In this document: positions 18,248 through 27,343 of the stretch, in pieces
Numbering within the stretch: the stretch's first letter is position 1
How the letters are laid out: each line of letters starts with the position of its first letter
Assembly: GCA_965217585.1 (NCBI GenBank)
Contig: OZ244561.1
Location: forward strand, 6,048,001 to 6,112,000
Length of the DNA: 64,000 bases
Origin: Candidatus Latescibacterota bacterium
Lineage (GTDB): Bacteria > Latescibacterota > UBA2968 > UBA8231
Reading direction: 5' to 3'
Position numbers and translations under genes: made by a program
The notes under the pieces: model-generated
What the model was told of the DNA's origin: nothing
The model's input: the letters and a program-made list of their open reading frames with translations, nothing else
The model's database searches: none

Positions 18248-18967
18248 ATGTACCAGCTTCTGTCGTCTATCGCATTCCTTTGCCTGTTTGCCCTGCCACT
18301 CGCCGCCCAAGAAGAGGCCCTTCACGGCACTTGGGAGGGGACCTTTGCCGGTGATGAAATCGGCGGGGGGACCATGCGCCTGACCTTCCAAGCGGATGGC
18401 ACCTTTGATTTTGATCTGTTCGTCGAGGAGCCAATAGGCCTCCCCGCCGACGGTGAAGTCCCGGATGAACTCTTGGATGAATTGACGGAAATTATAGAAA
18501 TGTATTCTGCCCTAGAGGGGATCTCCTCCCACGGCGGCACATATCAAGTCTCGGGCGACAGCCTCTGGGTGCATAATGATAACGCGGTCGAATACATTGT
18601 TGACGGTGAGAGCGTCGACGTCATCGAGTTCTGGACCCCGTTCATTCGTTTCTCAGCCCGTTTTTTTGCGTCCTTTGCTGCGGCATTTGAAGAAGTCTCC
18701 GAGGAGGACTACTCGGCGTTTGAACAGGAGATTTTCGACCAGATGCTCGCTGAAATGCTCGCCGAGTTAGAGGAGGAACCGCTCGGACTCGGACTCACGC
18801 TGAGCGGCACCTACGCCATTGAGGATGACACTTTGTTCATCACTGCTACTACTACTGACGAGGATGGGGTCGAAACCGCCGAAACCGTAGAATTCCACCG
18901 CATTGATGTTGCCAGTGCTGTCGCCCAAACTACTTGGGGCGGCCTGAAAGCGGCTTGGCGTCGGTGA
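18248..18967 (+). CDS. Acidic secreted protein with C-terminal TTWGGLK motif
   Basis: SD AAGGAGG before ATG 18248; signal peptide; GTWEG/GTYQVSGDSL/GTYAIEDDTL lipocalin-like strands; ends SAVAQTTWGGLKAAWRR. Confidence 0.8.
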   Translation: MYQLLSSIAFLCLFALPLAAQEEALHGTWEGTFAGDEIGGGTMRLTFQADGTFDFDLFVEEPIGLPADGEVPDELLDELTEIIEMYSALEGISSHGGTYQVSGDSLWVHNDNAVEYIVDGESVDVIEFWTPFIRFSARFFASFAAAFEEVSEEDYSAFEQEIFDQMLAEMLAELEEEPLGLGLTLSGTYAIEDDTLFITATTTDEDGVETAETVEFHRIDVASAVAQTTWGGLKAAWRR

Positions 18968-19006
18968 ACTTCCCTTAGAATCTCAACGGTCAGACAGCCG
19001 TCTTCT

Positions 19007-20038
19007 TCAGTCGATAATTACTTTTTCGCGGCGTTGGGCGCTGTCGTACAAGGCGTCGAGGATTTGCATGAAGTGATAGGCGTCTTGGGCATCGACATCG
19101 GCTTTGACTTGGCCGGCTACGGCGCGGGCGAAGTGCTCGATTTCGTGGTAGAAGAACAGGCCGTCCGCAGGCGGTTGAGTGTGGGGCATATCCGATTCTG
19201 CGGCGGATTTCTGCTCGGTGAATTGCCCGTCTTCCCAATGCCATATAACTCCCTGAGATAGAGCACCCTCGCTGCCGTACAATTCCACGGTCGTGGGGGT
19301 GTCGCAGTGCAGCCAGCGCGAGCAATCTATCTGAATGGTCTTGTCGCCTTCTAGACCGACCAAGCCGGAAAAATAATCTTCGGCCGCGCCCTCGGGGCCG
19401 TGGTACAGCGGCTCGATGGTATGCTTGACGGCAAAGGCCCACTGCGGCTTGGGACAGCCCATCCACCACCAAGCTAGGTCGAGTTCGTGCGAGGCGTGCT
19501 GGCCTAGGGCACCACCCTTGTGACCATATACATTGGTCCAGCTTTCAAAGCTATCTGCTGGCGGGCGCGAGTTGAATTTGAGGAAAATGCGGGCGTGATA
19601 CGGCTCACCGATGCGGCCTCCTTGTACTGCGACGCGCAATTTGCGATTGTGGGGAAAGTGGCGCATGAAGTAGCAGAATTGCAACGTGGTGCCAGCGCGC
19701 TCGGCCGCCGCGGCGAAGTCCAAGATGTGCGCGGCCCGCACCGCGTGCGGCTTTTGCACCAAGACGTGTTTGCCGGCGGCAAAAGCGTCCATGACCATGG
19801 GGTAGCGGGCGGGCGGATTGACGGCTAGGTACACGGCCTGCACTTGGTCGTCGGCCAGCAGGTCTTGGTAGGGGCCGTATTGGCGCGACACGCCTTCTTC
19901 GCTGGCGACGCGGCTGCGGCGCGGTTCGTCCAGATCGGCCACGGCGACGACATCGACTAGGGAGCTAGCCTGAGCCGCTTTGATGGCCTGTTGGCCGGCC
20001 CAGCCGCAGCCGACGACGCCGAGTTTGAGCAGGTTCAT
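19007..20038 (-). CDS. Gfo/Idh/MocA family oxidoreductase
   Basis: GVVGCGWAG, GKHVLVQKP, GGALGQHASHELD; start at ATG 20038 coupled to the upstream stop. Confidence 0.9.
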   Translation of the reverse strand: MNLLKLGVVGCGWAGQQAIKAAQASSLVDVVAVADLDEPRRSRVASEEGVSRQYGPYQDLLADDQVQAVYLAVNPPARYPMVMDAFAAGKHVLVQKPHAVRAAHILDFAAAAERAGTTLQFCYFMRHFPHNRKLRVAVQGGRIGEPYHARIFLKFNSRPPADSFESWTNVYGHKGGALGQHASHELDLAWWWMGCPKPQWAFAVKHTIEPLYHGPEGAAEDYFSGLVGLEGDKTIQIDCSRWLHCDTPTTVELYGSEGALSQGVIWHWEDGQFTEQKSAAESDMPHTQPPADGLFFYHEIEHFARAVAGQVKADVDAQDAYHFMQILDALYDSAQRREKVIID

Positions 20039-20859
20039 TATTCCTCCAACCATTGATGATAGTGCGTCAGGGCTTCTGCCTGCAGATCGTCCCACTCGGT
20101 CAGGAGCACCAAGCGAATGGTGAACGTCAGGTGTTGGCCAGCTTGGGCGTCGTCGCCGCCCAAGTGGAAGTACTGGGCGTTGTGGTAGCTGTTGTAGCCC
20201 GACAGGCCCAGGCAGTCGGCGGGCCGGGCCATGAGCAGAATGGCGTGGCCGTAGCGGTGCTCTTGCAGAGTCAGGGCATGGGCGTAGTACGGCCCTCGAC
20301 GCCAGTTGAGAGGATAGCCGTCGAGCCAGCGGCCGTCGCGGAACACGGCTTCGGCGTCTTCATCGCGCGCCCACGATTCGGCCTCGTTACGGCCGTACCA
20401 CTGCTTTTGGTACCAAGTGACGCCTTCGGGGTGGGTGCGGTCGTCCTGCACGGGAAAGTACGGCGTGTAGTGGGGGGTAAAATAATTGGCGATAAAGAGT
20501 TCAAAACGTTGGTAATCGGCTGCTAGGCGGGCGCTGAAGGTGGCGTCGAGGCTATCGGGTCCAGCGATGCGGTAGTGCGCCTGCAATTCGGCTTGCACCG
20601 CAGGGCAGGCCGCCCAGCGCACCGCGACGCTATCGCCTTCCTGGGCCACCAGATCTGGGGTGCGCTCGCGCGTGATTTCGAGTTGGCGGCCGTCGGCTAG
20701 GGTGCGGTAGATATTGAGCCAAGCAAAGTCGGGCCCCTCGTCGAGGTGAAAGCTGGTCAGGCCGGTCAGACGCAAGCCTTGGGGTCCGAGGACGGTGGCG
20801 ATGCCTCGACCCAGAGGGGCTTGGAAAAGAGCGGGATGGGAGACGCGGGCGAAGGCCAT
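20038..20859 (-). CDS. Hypothetical protein (beta-rich, possibly galactose mutarotase-like)
   Basis: 273 aa ORF with SD GAGGA, translationally coupled to the oxidoreductase. Confidence 0.65.
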   Translation of the reverse strand: MAFARVSHPALFQAPLGRGIATVLGPQGLRLTGLTSFHLDEGPDFAWLNIYRTLADGRQLEITRERTPDLVAQEGDSVAVRWAACPAVQAELQAHYRIAGPDSLDATFSARLAADYQRFELFIANYFTPHYTPYFPVQDDRTHPEGVTWYQKQWYGRNEAESWARDEDAEAVFRDGRWLDGYPLNWRRGPYYAHALTLQEHRYGHAILLMARPADCLGLSGYNSYHNAQYFHLGGDDAQAGQHLTFTIRLVLLTEWDDLQAEALTHYHQWLEE

Positions 20860-21042
20860 ACAATCCTCACTTTCACAGGTAAAAGTTGCCGTTCGGAGAA
20901 CTCGTTCCAGCCATAGCCGTCATGCGATCCGCCTGTTCACCGGCCGGAAGCAATTGCGTTTGTAGGGTAAGTTTACATTGATTACTCAAGTGAGCAAGAA
21001 AAAGGAAGAGCTTTTACAGACCATCCCTTAAGGAATAATCCG

Positions 21043-22086
21043 ATGAAATTCATCTACTTCACCGACATTCACCTCGACTCCGGGATAGACGCCTTCCGGG
21101 GATTTGAGTTGTGTGTGGAATCCATGCTGGAGCATCAGCCTGAAGTCCTGATCAACGGAGGCGACTTGGGCCTCACGCCCGAGGTGCTAGCGCAATACGC
21201 CCAGACCATGGAGAGGGTATCTGTGCCGGTGCTGTTGAGCCACGGCAACCACGAGATGTGCAGCGGTTATCTGCCTCGGGAGCAAGGGGGGACGGCGCAC
21301 GCCAGCGCCGATATTGGCGGCGTCCATTTTGTGCTGCTGGACGTGGTGCGCTATTTCGAGCCGACCGAGGACCACCCGTCCAACTGGCACGTCTTGGCCG
21401 ACGAGGGTCTGTTGGAGTGGCTGGCTGCGGATTTGGCGGAGGTGGACCGGGACACGTCACTGGTGGTGGCCAGCCACGTGCCTATATCGACGACCTTTCC
21501 CCAGCGCTCGGGTCAGGTGCCGGATATGGCCTTTCCCACCAATGAGATTGCCGGGGCGCGGCGCTTGCTGACGCTATTGCAGCCCTTTGAACGGGTGATC
21601 ACCTTACACGGCCACCACCATGAAAACGACCGCCACTTCGTCGGCGCTATGGAGGTTATGACCACCGCGGCGGTGTCGGGCAATTGGTGGAAGACGGGGC
21701 TGGAGAGCCGCGGCCCGCAGGGACGCGAACCGCAGGGGTATCGGGTGGTCGAGGTCGATGCGGAAGGGGGGTTCAGAAGCCAGTACCACGCTTTCCAGCC
21801 ACACCAAGACGAGGCAGTGGAATTGTGCCGGCATCAGGCTTCGGGTCGCCGTTTTGTCAATGTGTTCGATGGTTCACCGCGTACGCAGGTCGAGGTGGGG
21901 GGCTTGGGGCCACTGGCCCTGATCGATCCGCTAGCCGAGTCGTCGCGCGATCTGGCGACGCACCTGTGGGAGTTGCCAGCCGATTTTGACCGGCAGCAGG
22001 TGGAGGTGCGGGTGGTCTTTGAGGATGGGCGGGAGTGCGAAGGGGTGCTGGAGGAACGGGTGTGGGAGTCAGCTACCCAAGCCTAA
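21043..22086 (+). CDS. Calcineurin-like metallophosphoesterase
   Basis: TDIH, GGD, GNHE, HVP, GHHH motifs. Confidence 0.9.
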   Translation: MKFIYFTDIHLDSGIDAFRGFELCVESMLEHQPEVLINGGDLGLTPEVLAQYAQTMERVSVPVLLSHGNHEMCSGYLPREQGGTAHASADIGGVHFVLLDVVRYFEPTEDHPSNWHVLADEGLLEWLAADLAEVDRDTSLVVASHVPISTTFPQRSGQVPDMAFPTNEIAGARRLLTLLQPFERVITLHGHHHENDRHFVGAMEVMTTAAVSGNWWKTGLESRGPQGREPQGYRVVEVDAEGGFRSQYHAFQPHQDEAVELCRHQASGRRFVNVFDGSPRTQVEVGGLGPLALIDPLAESSRDLATHLWELPADFDRQQVEVRVVFEDGRECEGVLEERVWESATQA

Positions 22087-22135
22087 AGGCAAAGGGCTTG
22101 TCCCAGCCTTTCCCAGCCGCTCTAACATCCAGCAG

Positions 22136-23485
22136 CTAAGGCTTTCGTAATTCCACCACAGCTTCATGGAGTTGGTGGGCGTCTTTAGCCTTGGCGACTC
22201 GTACATCGGACTTAATGATGCTGTTGCCCACGCGAGTGGCTCTAGGTATATGGATATCTACTAGTTCTAGGCCGGCGGCCTCAGCGATCGTACCCAGAAA
22301 GCGATCCGTAGGCACCATTATCCCTTGCAGGATGCTGTTGCCGATCACTACCAAGGCTGTCCCTCCTGGCTTGAGCGCGTAATGGGCTGATTCGGAGAAG
22401 CGGTAGCAATCGTTGAAGTACGAGGCAGCGTAATTAGCCCAGCCGTTGCCGCCGTACACGCCTTTTTCCGGGTGTTTTTTCCGCAGCGTCTCTAAGCATC
22501 CTTGGATTTCTGAATCATCTAGTTCAAAGCTGAGCCCCACGCATTCCTGATCTCGGACCGTTTGCCAGAATTTGCCGAAATTCTGCTCTTCCAGCGGTTT
22601 GAGGTCGCGGGGGGCCTCTGCAAATCCCAACCAGTAGAGGTGAGGCCGGGTATTGCGGTTGTAGTGATAGTTGTTCAAATAGGGGGGCGAGGTGATGAGC
22701 ACATCTACTGAATCGGCGGCAAGGTGATCCTTGCAGGTAAAGAAAGACTCGGGAAATACCTCGTTGTCGGGATGTGCGCCGTTCAACTGTCCCTTCATCC
22801 ACTCGATATCCTGGGCCATATCCGTGAGCTTCTGGGCAATCGTCTCTCCCACGGGAAAATCTTCAATATCAGCTTTGCCAGCCGTAGATCTGCGGCCCAG
22901 ACTCGGCTCATAGGAGTAATTTGAGTAGGTGATCATGGTCGCCCCAAAGGCAACCCGAAAGAGGTCTTGCAACAGGCCGTCTTCTAGGTCTGCTATGAAA
23001 TCCTGTACGCCGAGCACTTTGTGCAGCACTTTGGGGCTATAAAATACGCCTCGGGTTTTAAAACCTGGGGGTGGGGTACTGTGTGGTATGTAGGCGTCCT
23101 TGGACGCCAATTCGTAGAATGTCCAGAACTTGGTGAGCATTGCCCGCACGGTCTGTGGATCGAGGGTACAGGCGTTCAGCTTGGTCCGGCAGGCTAGCGC
23201 CGCATAGGGATTGATCTCAAATCCTAGGGCATGATGTCCTGAGAGGATGGCTTCGACCAAGGTCGTCCCTACTCCGGCGAACGGATCGAGCACCGTCCCC
23301 TGAGTTGGCAGATAGCGCTTAAGGGCGTCTTGGACAAACTGCTGAGAGTATCCGGCAATCCACGGTACCCAGCGGTGGATGGGAAGACGCTTGTTGCCGG
23401 AAAAGGCCGGGTCGCTGAAGATTGAGCCGTTATTCGCCGCGTCCTTCCCATCGAACAGCGACGCCTGTGATACTCTATGCTCCAT
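22136..23485 (-). CDS. Site-specific amino DNA methyltransferase (SPPY, likely N4-cytosine)
   Basis: VLDPFAGVGTT (motif I) precedes ITSPPY (motif IV); no adjacent endonuclease recognised. Confidence 0.88.
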   Translation of the reverse strand: MEHRVSQASLFDGKDAANNGSIFSDPAFSGNKRLPIHRWVPWIAGYSQQFVQDALKRYLPTQGTVLDPFAGVGTTLVEAILSGHHALGFEINPYAALACRTKLNACTLDPQTVRAMLTKFWTFYELASKDAYIPHSTPPPGFKTRGVFYSPKVLHKVLGVQDFIADLEDGLLQDLFRVAFGATMITYSNYSYEPSLGRRSTAGKADIEDFPVGETIAQKLTDMAQDIEWMKGQLNGAHPDNEVFPESFFTCKDHLAADSVDVLITSPPYLNNYHYNRNTRPHLYWLGFAEAPRDLKPLEEQNFGKFWQTVRDQECVGLSFELDDSEIQGCLETLRKKHPEKGVYGGNGWANYAASYFNDCYRFSESAHYALKPGGTALVVIGNSILQGIMVPTDRFLGTIAEAAGLELVDIHIPRATRVGNSIIKSDVRVAKAKDAHQLHEAVVELRKP

Positions 23486-23560
23486 CCTGACCCTTTCTTA
23501 GCCTTTATCAAACATTGTCAGAATCCCATGAAACCTCGTCAACCCTTGAAGGCATTTATA

Positions 23561-24610
23561 TTACCAGTCTCGGCGGCCGACGTACAGGCTCCGATTGGTC
23601 ATTGGGAGCGCGACGCGTTGCCCGCCCAACCGGTGCGATTCGATCATGCCCATCAACATCTCCTGGCTCCGGCGAGCGAGGTGAACCGGCCCCTTTGTCT
23701 CGCGGTCTGTATCAATCGCCTCTGCGATGTCCGCGATGCCCATCACCGTTCCGGTGGTGCGGGGTACGTCTGGGAACGGTACCTCTTCAAAGAAGGTGTG
23801 GCTCTTTTTGCGGAATTGGCATTCTCGGCTGTTGTTGAGGATGCGGATCTTCCCTGCGCTACCGCAGACCTCGAATTCGGGGCCGGTGCCCGCCGTGTTG
23901 TAGCCGTGGACGCCATTGGCAAAACGGACGTAGCCACCGGTAATCGCCGGATCGACGTCCAGCCGATTGCCATCCCAATCCGAATCTCTACAGACGATGG
24001 TTCCCTGGACGAAGTCGACTTCCGGGTCGCTGGCGAGGAAGAGCAGCATATCGGCGGCGTGCGTCAAGCCCCAGAGGGCCGAACTCGCGCCGTATTGCGC
24101 GATCGTGCACTGGATATTTCCGATTTCGCCGGCATCCACCAATTCGCGTACCTTGCGATAGACCGGCATATAGCGGCGTTGCGTACCGTAGTTGAATTTG
24201 ACCCCGTACCTTTGGACGACATCGACCATCGCATCCGCTTCCTCCATCGAACAGCAGAGCGGCTTTTCGCAGTAGATGCCCTTGACGTCGTTTTCAGCGG
24301 CGAAGACGGTGATGTCCGCGTGCGGCCCGGGCCGGGTGGCAATGCAGACGATGTCCGGCTTCTCCTTTTCAATCATCTGTCGATAGTCGGTGTAGGCGCG
24401 CTCGGCACCGTAGCGTTGTCGTATGGATTCCGCTTTCTCGGCGACCACGTCCGCAACCGCGACGAGGTCGGTTCTGTCGCAGGCGACCGCGGCTGCGGCG
24501 TGCGAGAACGGTTGCCACAGATAGCGATCCGGACGGCCTTCGACTTCGTCGTCAATTGTCGCGCCCATCCGTCCACATCCGATCAGGCAGGCTCTGTAGG
24601 TGCGCGGCAT
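23561..24610 (-). CDS. Gfo/Idh/MocA family oxidoreductase
   Basis: IGCGRMG, DIVCIAT, YCEKP. Confidence 0.9.
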   Translation of the reverse strand: MPRTYRACLIGCGRMGATIDDEVEGRPDRYLWQPFSHAAAAVACDRTDLVAVADVVAEKAESIRQRYGAERAYTDYRQMIEKEKPDIVCIATRPGPHADITVFAAENDVKGIYCEKPLCCSMEEADAMVDVVQRYGVKFNYGTQRRYMPVYRKVRELVDAGEIGNIQCTIAQYGASSALWGLTHAADMLLFLASDPEVDFVQGTIVCRDSDWDGNRLDVDPAITGGYVRFANGVHGYNTAGTGPEFEVCGSAGKIRILNNSRECQFRKKSHTFFEEVPFPDVPRTTGTVMGIADIAEAIDTDRETKGPVHLARRSQEMLMGMIESHRLGGQRVALPMTNRSLYVGRRDW

Positions 24611-24624
24611 AATTTTCTCCTTTG

Positions 24625-26082
24625 TCAACTACCGGTGTAGAGTTTTGAAAAGTACGGTCTAAAACCAGCAGGGCCCGGGTACCCGTCCCAGTATTGGGCA
24701 TTGGCGGGCAGTTCGCCTTCGCCGCCGTTGCGGAGCCAAGCGATTAATCCAGGGTCCGTGCCGCGGCGTTCGAGTTCGTCAATTGCGGCGGCGTGCATTT
24801 GGGTGACGATCTCTGGATGCGCCTTCTCAACGCAATCCAACGAACCGAGTCGCGCCAAGCGCGAGTGTTCCGGCTTTGCGGCGACTTCGAGGCTCCAGGT
24901 TTTGTCAAAGGCGGTAAAGAGGACGAAGTTCGGATTCTGCCCGGCTTGATTCCAGCGTTCGAGGCTCCCACCTGCCAATGCGAGCTGCCGTTCGCCAGCT
25001 TCACCGCGCCGGGCGGGGGTTAAAATATCATAGCCCTCAATGCCTTCCGGTTCCGTTGCGCCGAGGAGCGCGAGGATCGTGGAGAAGAAGTCTTGCGGTT
25101 GCACAATAACATCGCTCCGTCCAGTATCGCCATCCGGCATTCGGATGAAGAGCGGGACATGCGCTTCGGCCTCGCGCACCGGTTGCCCTTTGCCAAAAGT
25201 GCCGCGCTCACCGACGTTGGTGCCGTGGTCACCGGTTAAGATGACTGCCGTGTTCCCGTCGAGCCCGGTGGATTCGAGCGCGTCCAAGAATTGCCCAAAA
25301 CAGTGGTCCATCCAGGTCAATTTCGCCGGGTATTGCGCTTTGATGTGTTCCTTCGCCTCGTCGGGGAGGTCTTTGTTGTTCCGCCCGCCGAAGAGGCTGC
25401 GCGGGTCAACGCGCCCATCGTAGTCCGGCCGCGCGTCGTACTTTTTCATAAACTCGCGCGGTGCATCCCACGGTTCGTGGGGATCGAAACAATCCACCCA
25501 GAGGAAGAAATTCTCGCGCTGCGCATTGTCTTTGAGGAATTGGGCCGCGCTCCTGAACAACTTTGCGCAGTTCCAATCCTCCGGTTTTTTGCGGTTGCGG
25601 TTCGCCCGGGCGTAGGTCTGGAGGAGCCCATTTCTCGCGGTGTTTTCGCCGAGGCATGCAAACATCGGTTGGTGGTACCAGTTGTCCGGCCAAGCCGCGG
25701 AATCGTCGATCCAGTCGCGATCAACTTCAGCCCCACGGATGAACGTCCACGCGTGAAACGGCCAATCGAAGTTGTGTCCGCCGTTGACGAGGTGTGGGGT
25801 ATCGTGGAGCAGTTGCGTGGCATAGCCGCGTTCGGCCAGCGTCGAGGGGAGGGTCTGTCGTTCGTGTCGCAGCGGCTGCCACGGATGGAAGGGGTCCCCG
25901 TACTGACCGGTTATGACATCAGTCCGGTACGGGATCGTTGGGAAGCTAGCGCAGAAGGCGCGGTCAAATGCCCATGCTTTCGATGCAAAACGGTCGATAT
26001 TCGGCGTTTCGATCCAGGTATTGCCGTTTGCACCGATATAATCGTAGCGGAGGGTATCAATTACAATAAGCGCGATATTCAT
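24625..26082 (-). CDS. Sulfatase-like hydrolase (alkaline phosphatase superfamily)
   Basis: IVIDTLRYD, TPNID, DPHEPW, TGDHG; signature reads FPTIPYR. Confidence 0.88.
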   Translation of the reverse strand: MNIALIVIDTLRYDYIGANGNTWIETPNIDRFASKAWAFDRAFCASFPTIPYRTDVITGQYGDPFHPWQPLRHERQTLPSTLAERGYATQLLHDTPHLVNGGHNFDWPFHAWTFIRGAEVDRDWIDDSAAWPDNWYHQPMFACLGENTARNGLLQTYARANRNRKKPEDWNCAKLFRSAAQFLKDNAQRENFFLWVDCFDPHEPWDAPREFMKKYDARPDYDGRVDPRSLFGGRNNKDLPDEAKEHIKAQYPAKLTWMDHCFGQFLDALESTGLDGNTAVILTGDHGTNVGERGTFGKGQPVREAEAHVPLFIRMPDGDTGRSDVIVQPQDFFSTILALLGATEPEGIEGYDILTPARRGEAGERQLALAGGSLERWNQAGQNPNFVLFTAFDKTWSLEVAAKPEHSRLARLGSLDCVEKAHPEIVTQMHAAAIDELERRGTDPGLIAWLRNGGEGELPANAQYWDGYPGPAGFRPYFSKLYTGS

Positions 26083-26163
26083 TTTTTTCAGCTCCGTTTT
26101 GCGTCAGGGGTTTCTGGATCGAGTCGCGTGCTGCGGAAGGTGTGGAACGGTAGGCGACCTGTC

Positions 26164-27150
26164 TCAGGTGCGCGGCCACGGAGTGGCGATGGAGAATTCC
26201 TTTGCCACCTCCTCAAGTCCCTCGACTGCTTGCGCTGAAATCGGCACGCCATCCCGGCGGTACTCGGTTTCTCGCTCTAGCTCCTTGCCGCCGGGTAGGA
26301 AGGACTCGCTGAAGCTGGGCAGTGGCTTCATGCGACTGGTCTCGTCCATCAGGTGGTCCACGTCGGCCTTGAAGGCATCGAGATCGGAAAAGCAATTCAC
26401 ATCCATGGCGAGGAAGAAGCCCGATTGATCTGCGCCTGTGAACTCGACGTTGCCGCGCGAAAACTCCTTTAGCATCTGCCCTCCCAGCGTACCCGACAGG
26501 ATATTGCCCACGTGCGAAATGCCGATGGCCTTGATGAAAACCGGCGGGTACTTCAGGAAGGTCTCGTCGTCGATCGCGTAGTGGCTGGCGAAGTCGAGCA
26601 GGAAGGTTGGTTTGCCCTCTCCGCCCGGCATGCCGAAGGCCAAAGGTGGGCTGCCCTGGATGGAGCCCCGGATTGTCGCGTCGCGATCGTAGTGGTCGGA
26701 GGCATTGCGACCGGAGGTGGAGATGCCGATCAGGTCTGCACGCATGGCCATGCGCGCGTAGTTGCCGGTGCTGCCAAGATGAGCATGGTAGGTTGAGGTG
26801 GTCGCGCCGATCCCAGCCTCTTGGGCCTTGGCGATAGCCATTTCCATGCCCTTGGTGGCGACGAGGTAGCCGAGGCCACCGTCGCCGGAGAGAGCGGCGG
26901 TGGTCGGTCCTTCCTTGAGTACGCGGATTTGCGGATTCGGGTTGACGGTGCCGTCTTGGAATGAGCGGACGTAGCGATTGACTTGGAGGGTGCCGTGGCT
27001 GACGACGCCGCGCAGATCGCATTCGACCAGTTTGCCGGCGATGAGCCGAGCGTGATCTTCCGGGATCGGCACTGCCTCGAAAATATCGACGACCAGTTGC
27101 TCAAGGTCGGTGACGGCGACGCGGATGCCGTCGGTAGGGGGTACGTTCAT
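26164..27150 (-). CDS. Ldh_2 family (malate/L-lactate dehydrogenase-like) oxidoreductase
   Basis: DLRGVVSHG, GDGGLG, HLG, PLAFG, LPGGKE. Confidence 0.88.
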   Translation of the reverse strand: MNVPPTDGIRVAVTDLEQLVVDIFEAVPIPEDHARLIAGKLVECDLRGVVSHGTLQVNRYVRSFQDGTVNPNPQIRVLKEGPTTAALSGDGGLGYLVATKGMEMAIAKAQEAGIGATTSTYHAHLGSTGNYARMAMRADLIGISTSGRNASDHYDRDATIRGSIQGSPPLAFGMPGGEGKPTFLLDFASHYAIDDETFLKYPPVFIKAIGISHVGNILSGTLGGQMLKEFSRGNVEFTGADQSGFFLAMDVNCFSDLDAFKADVDHLMDETSRMKPLPSFSESFLPGGKELERETEYRRDGVPISAQAVEGLEEVAKEFSIATPWPRT

Positions 27151-27343
27151 AAGTGTGCTCCTTTTATTCGGTCAATTTAGCCGATATACCCTGAACGGGA
27201 AGGCGCGCCGCAGCGCCGAGTTGAAATCGTCCCGCCGAGCAGTGTGGAGTTTATATTTTGGCGCGGACTCTTCGTCGCACTAAGTTTCACGCCAGCATCG
27301 CGTCTTTGCAACCCGTCTCAATCGCTTTCGAGAAAGGTTCCTT

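Noticed and set aside
22136-23485. The MTase as cause of the CTAG/CCWGG pattern
   Set aside because: SPPY indicates an amino-methyltransferase rather than a C5 enzyme (no PC motif), so it would not produce 5mC deamination
23477-24640. 387-aa plus-strand ORF (and similar long ORFs at 25291-26238, 47875-49020, 49267-50325, 61096-62010)
   Set aside because: Antisense shadows of well-supported genes in GC-rich DNA; no recognisable motifs
27151-27343. Intergenic region examined for a riboswitch or sRNA (also 20860-21042 and 59806-59962)
   Set aside because: No recognisable Rfam-type motif or strong stem visible by eye
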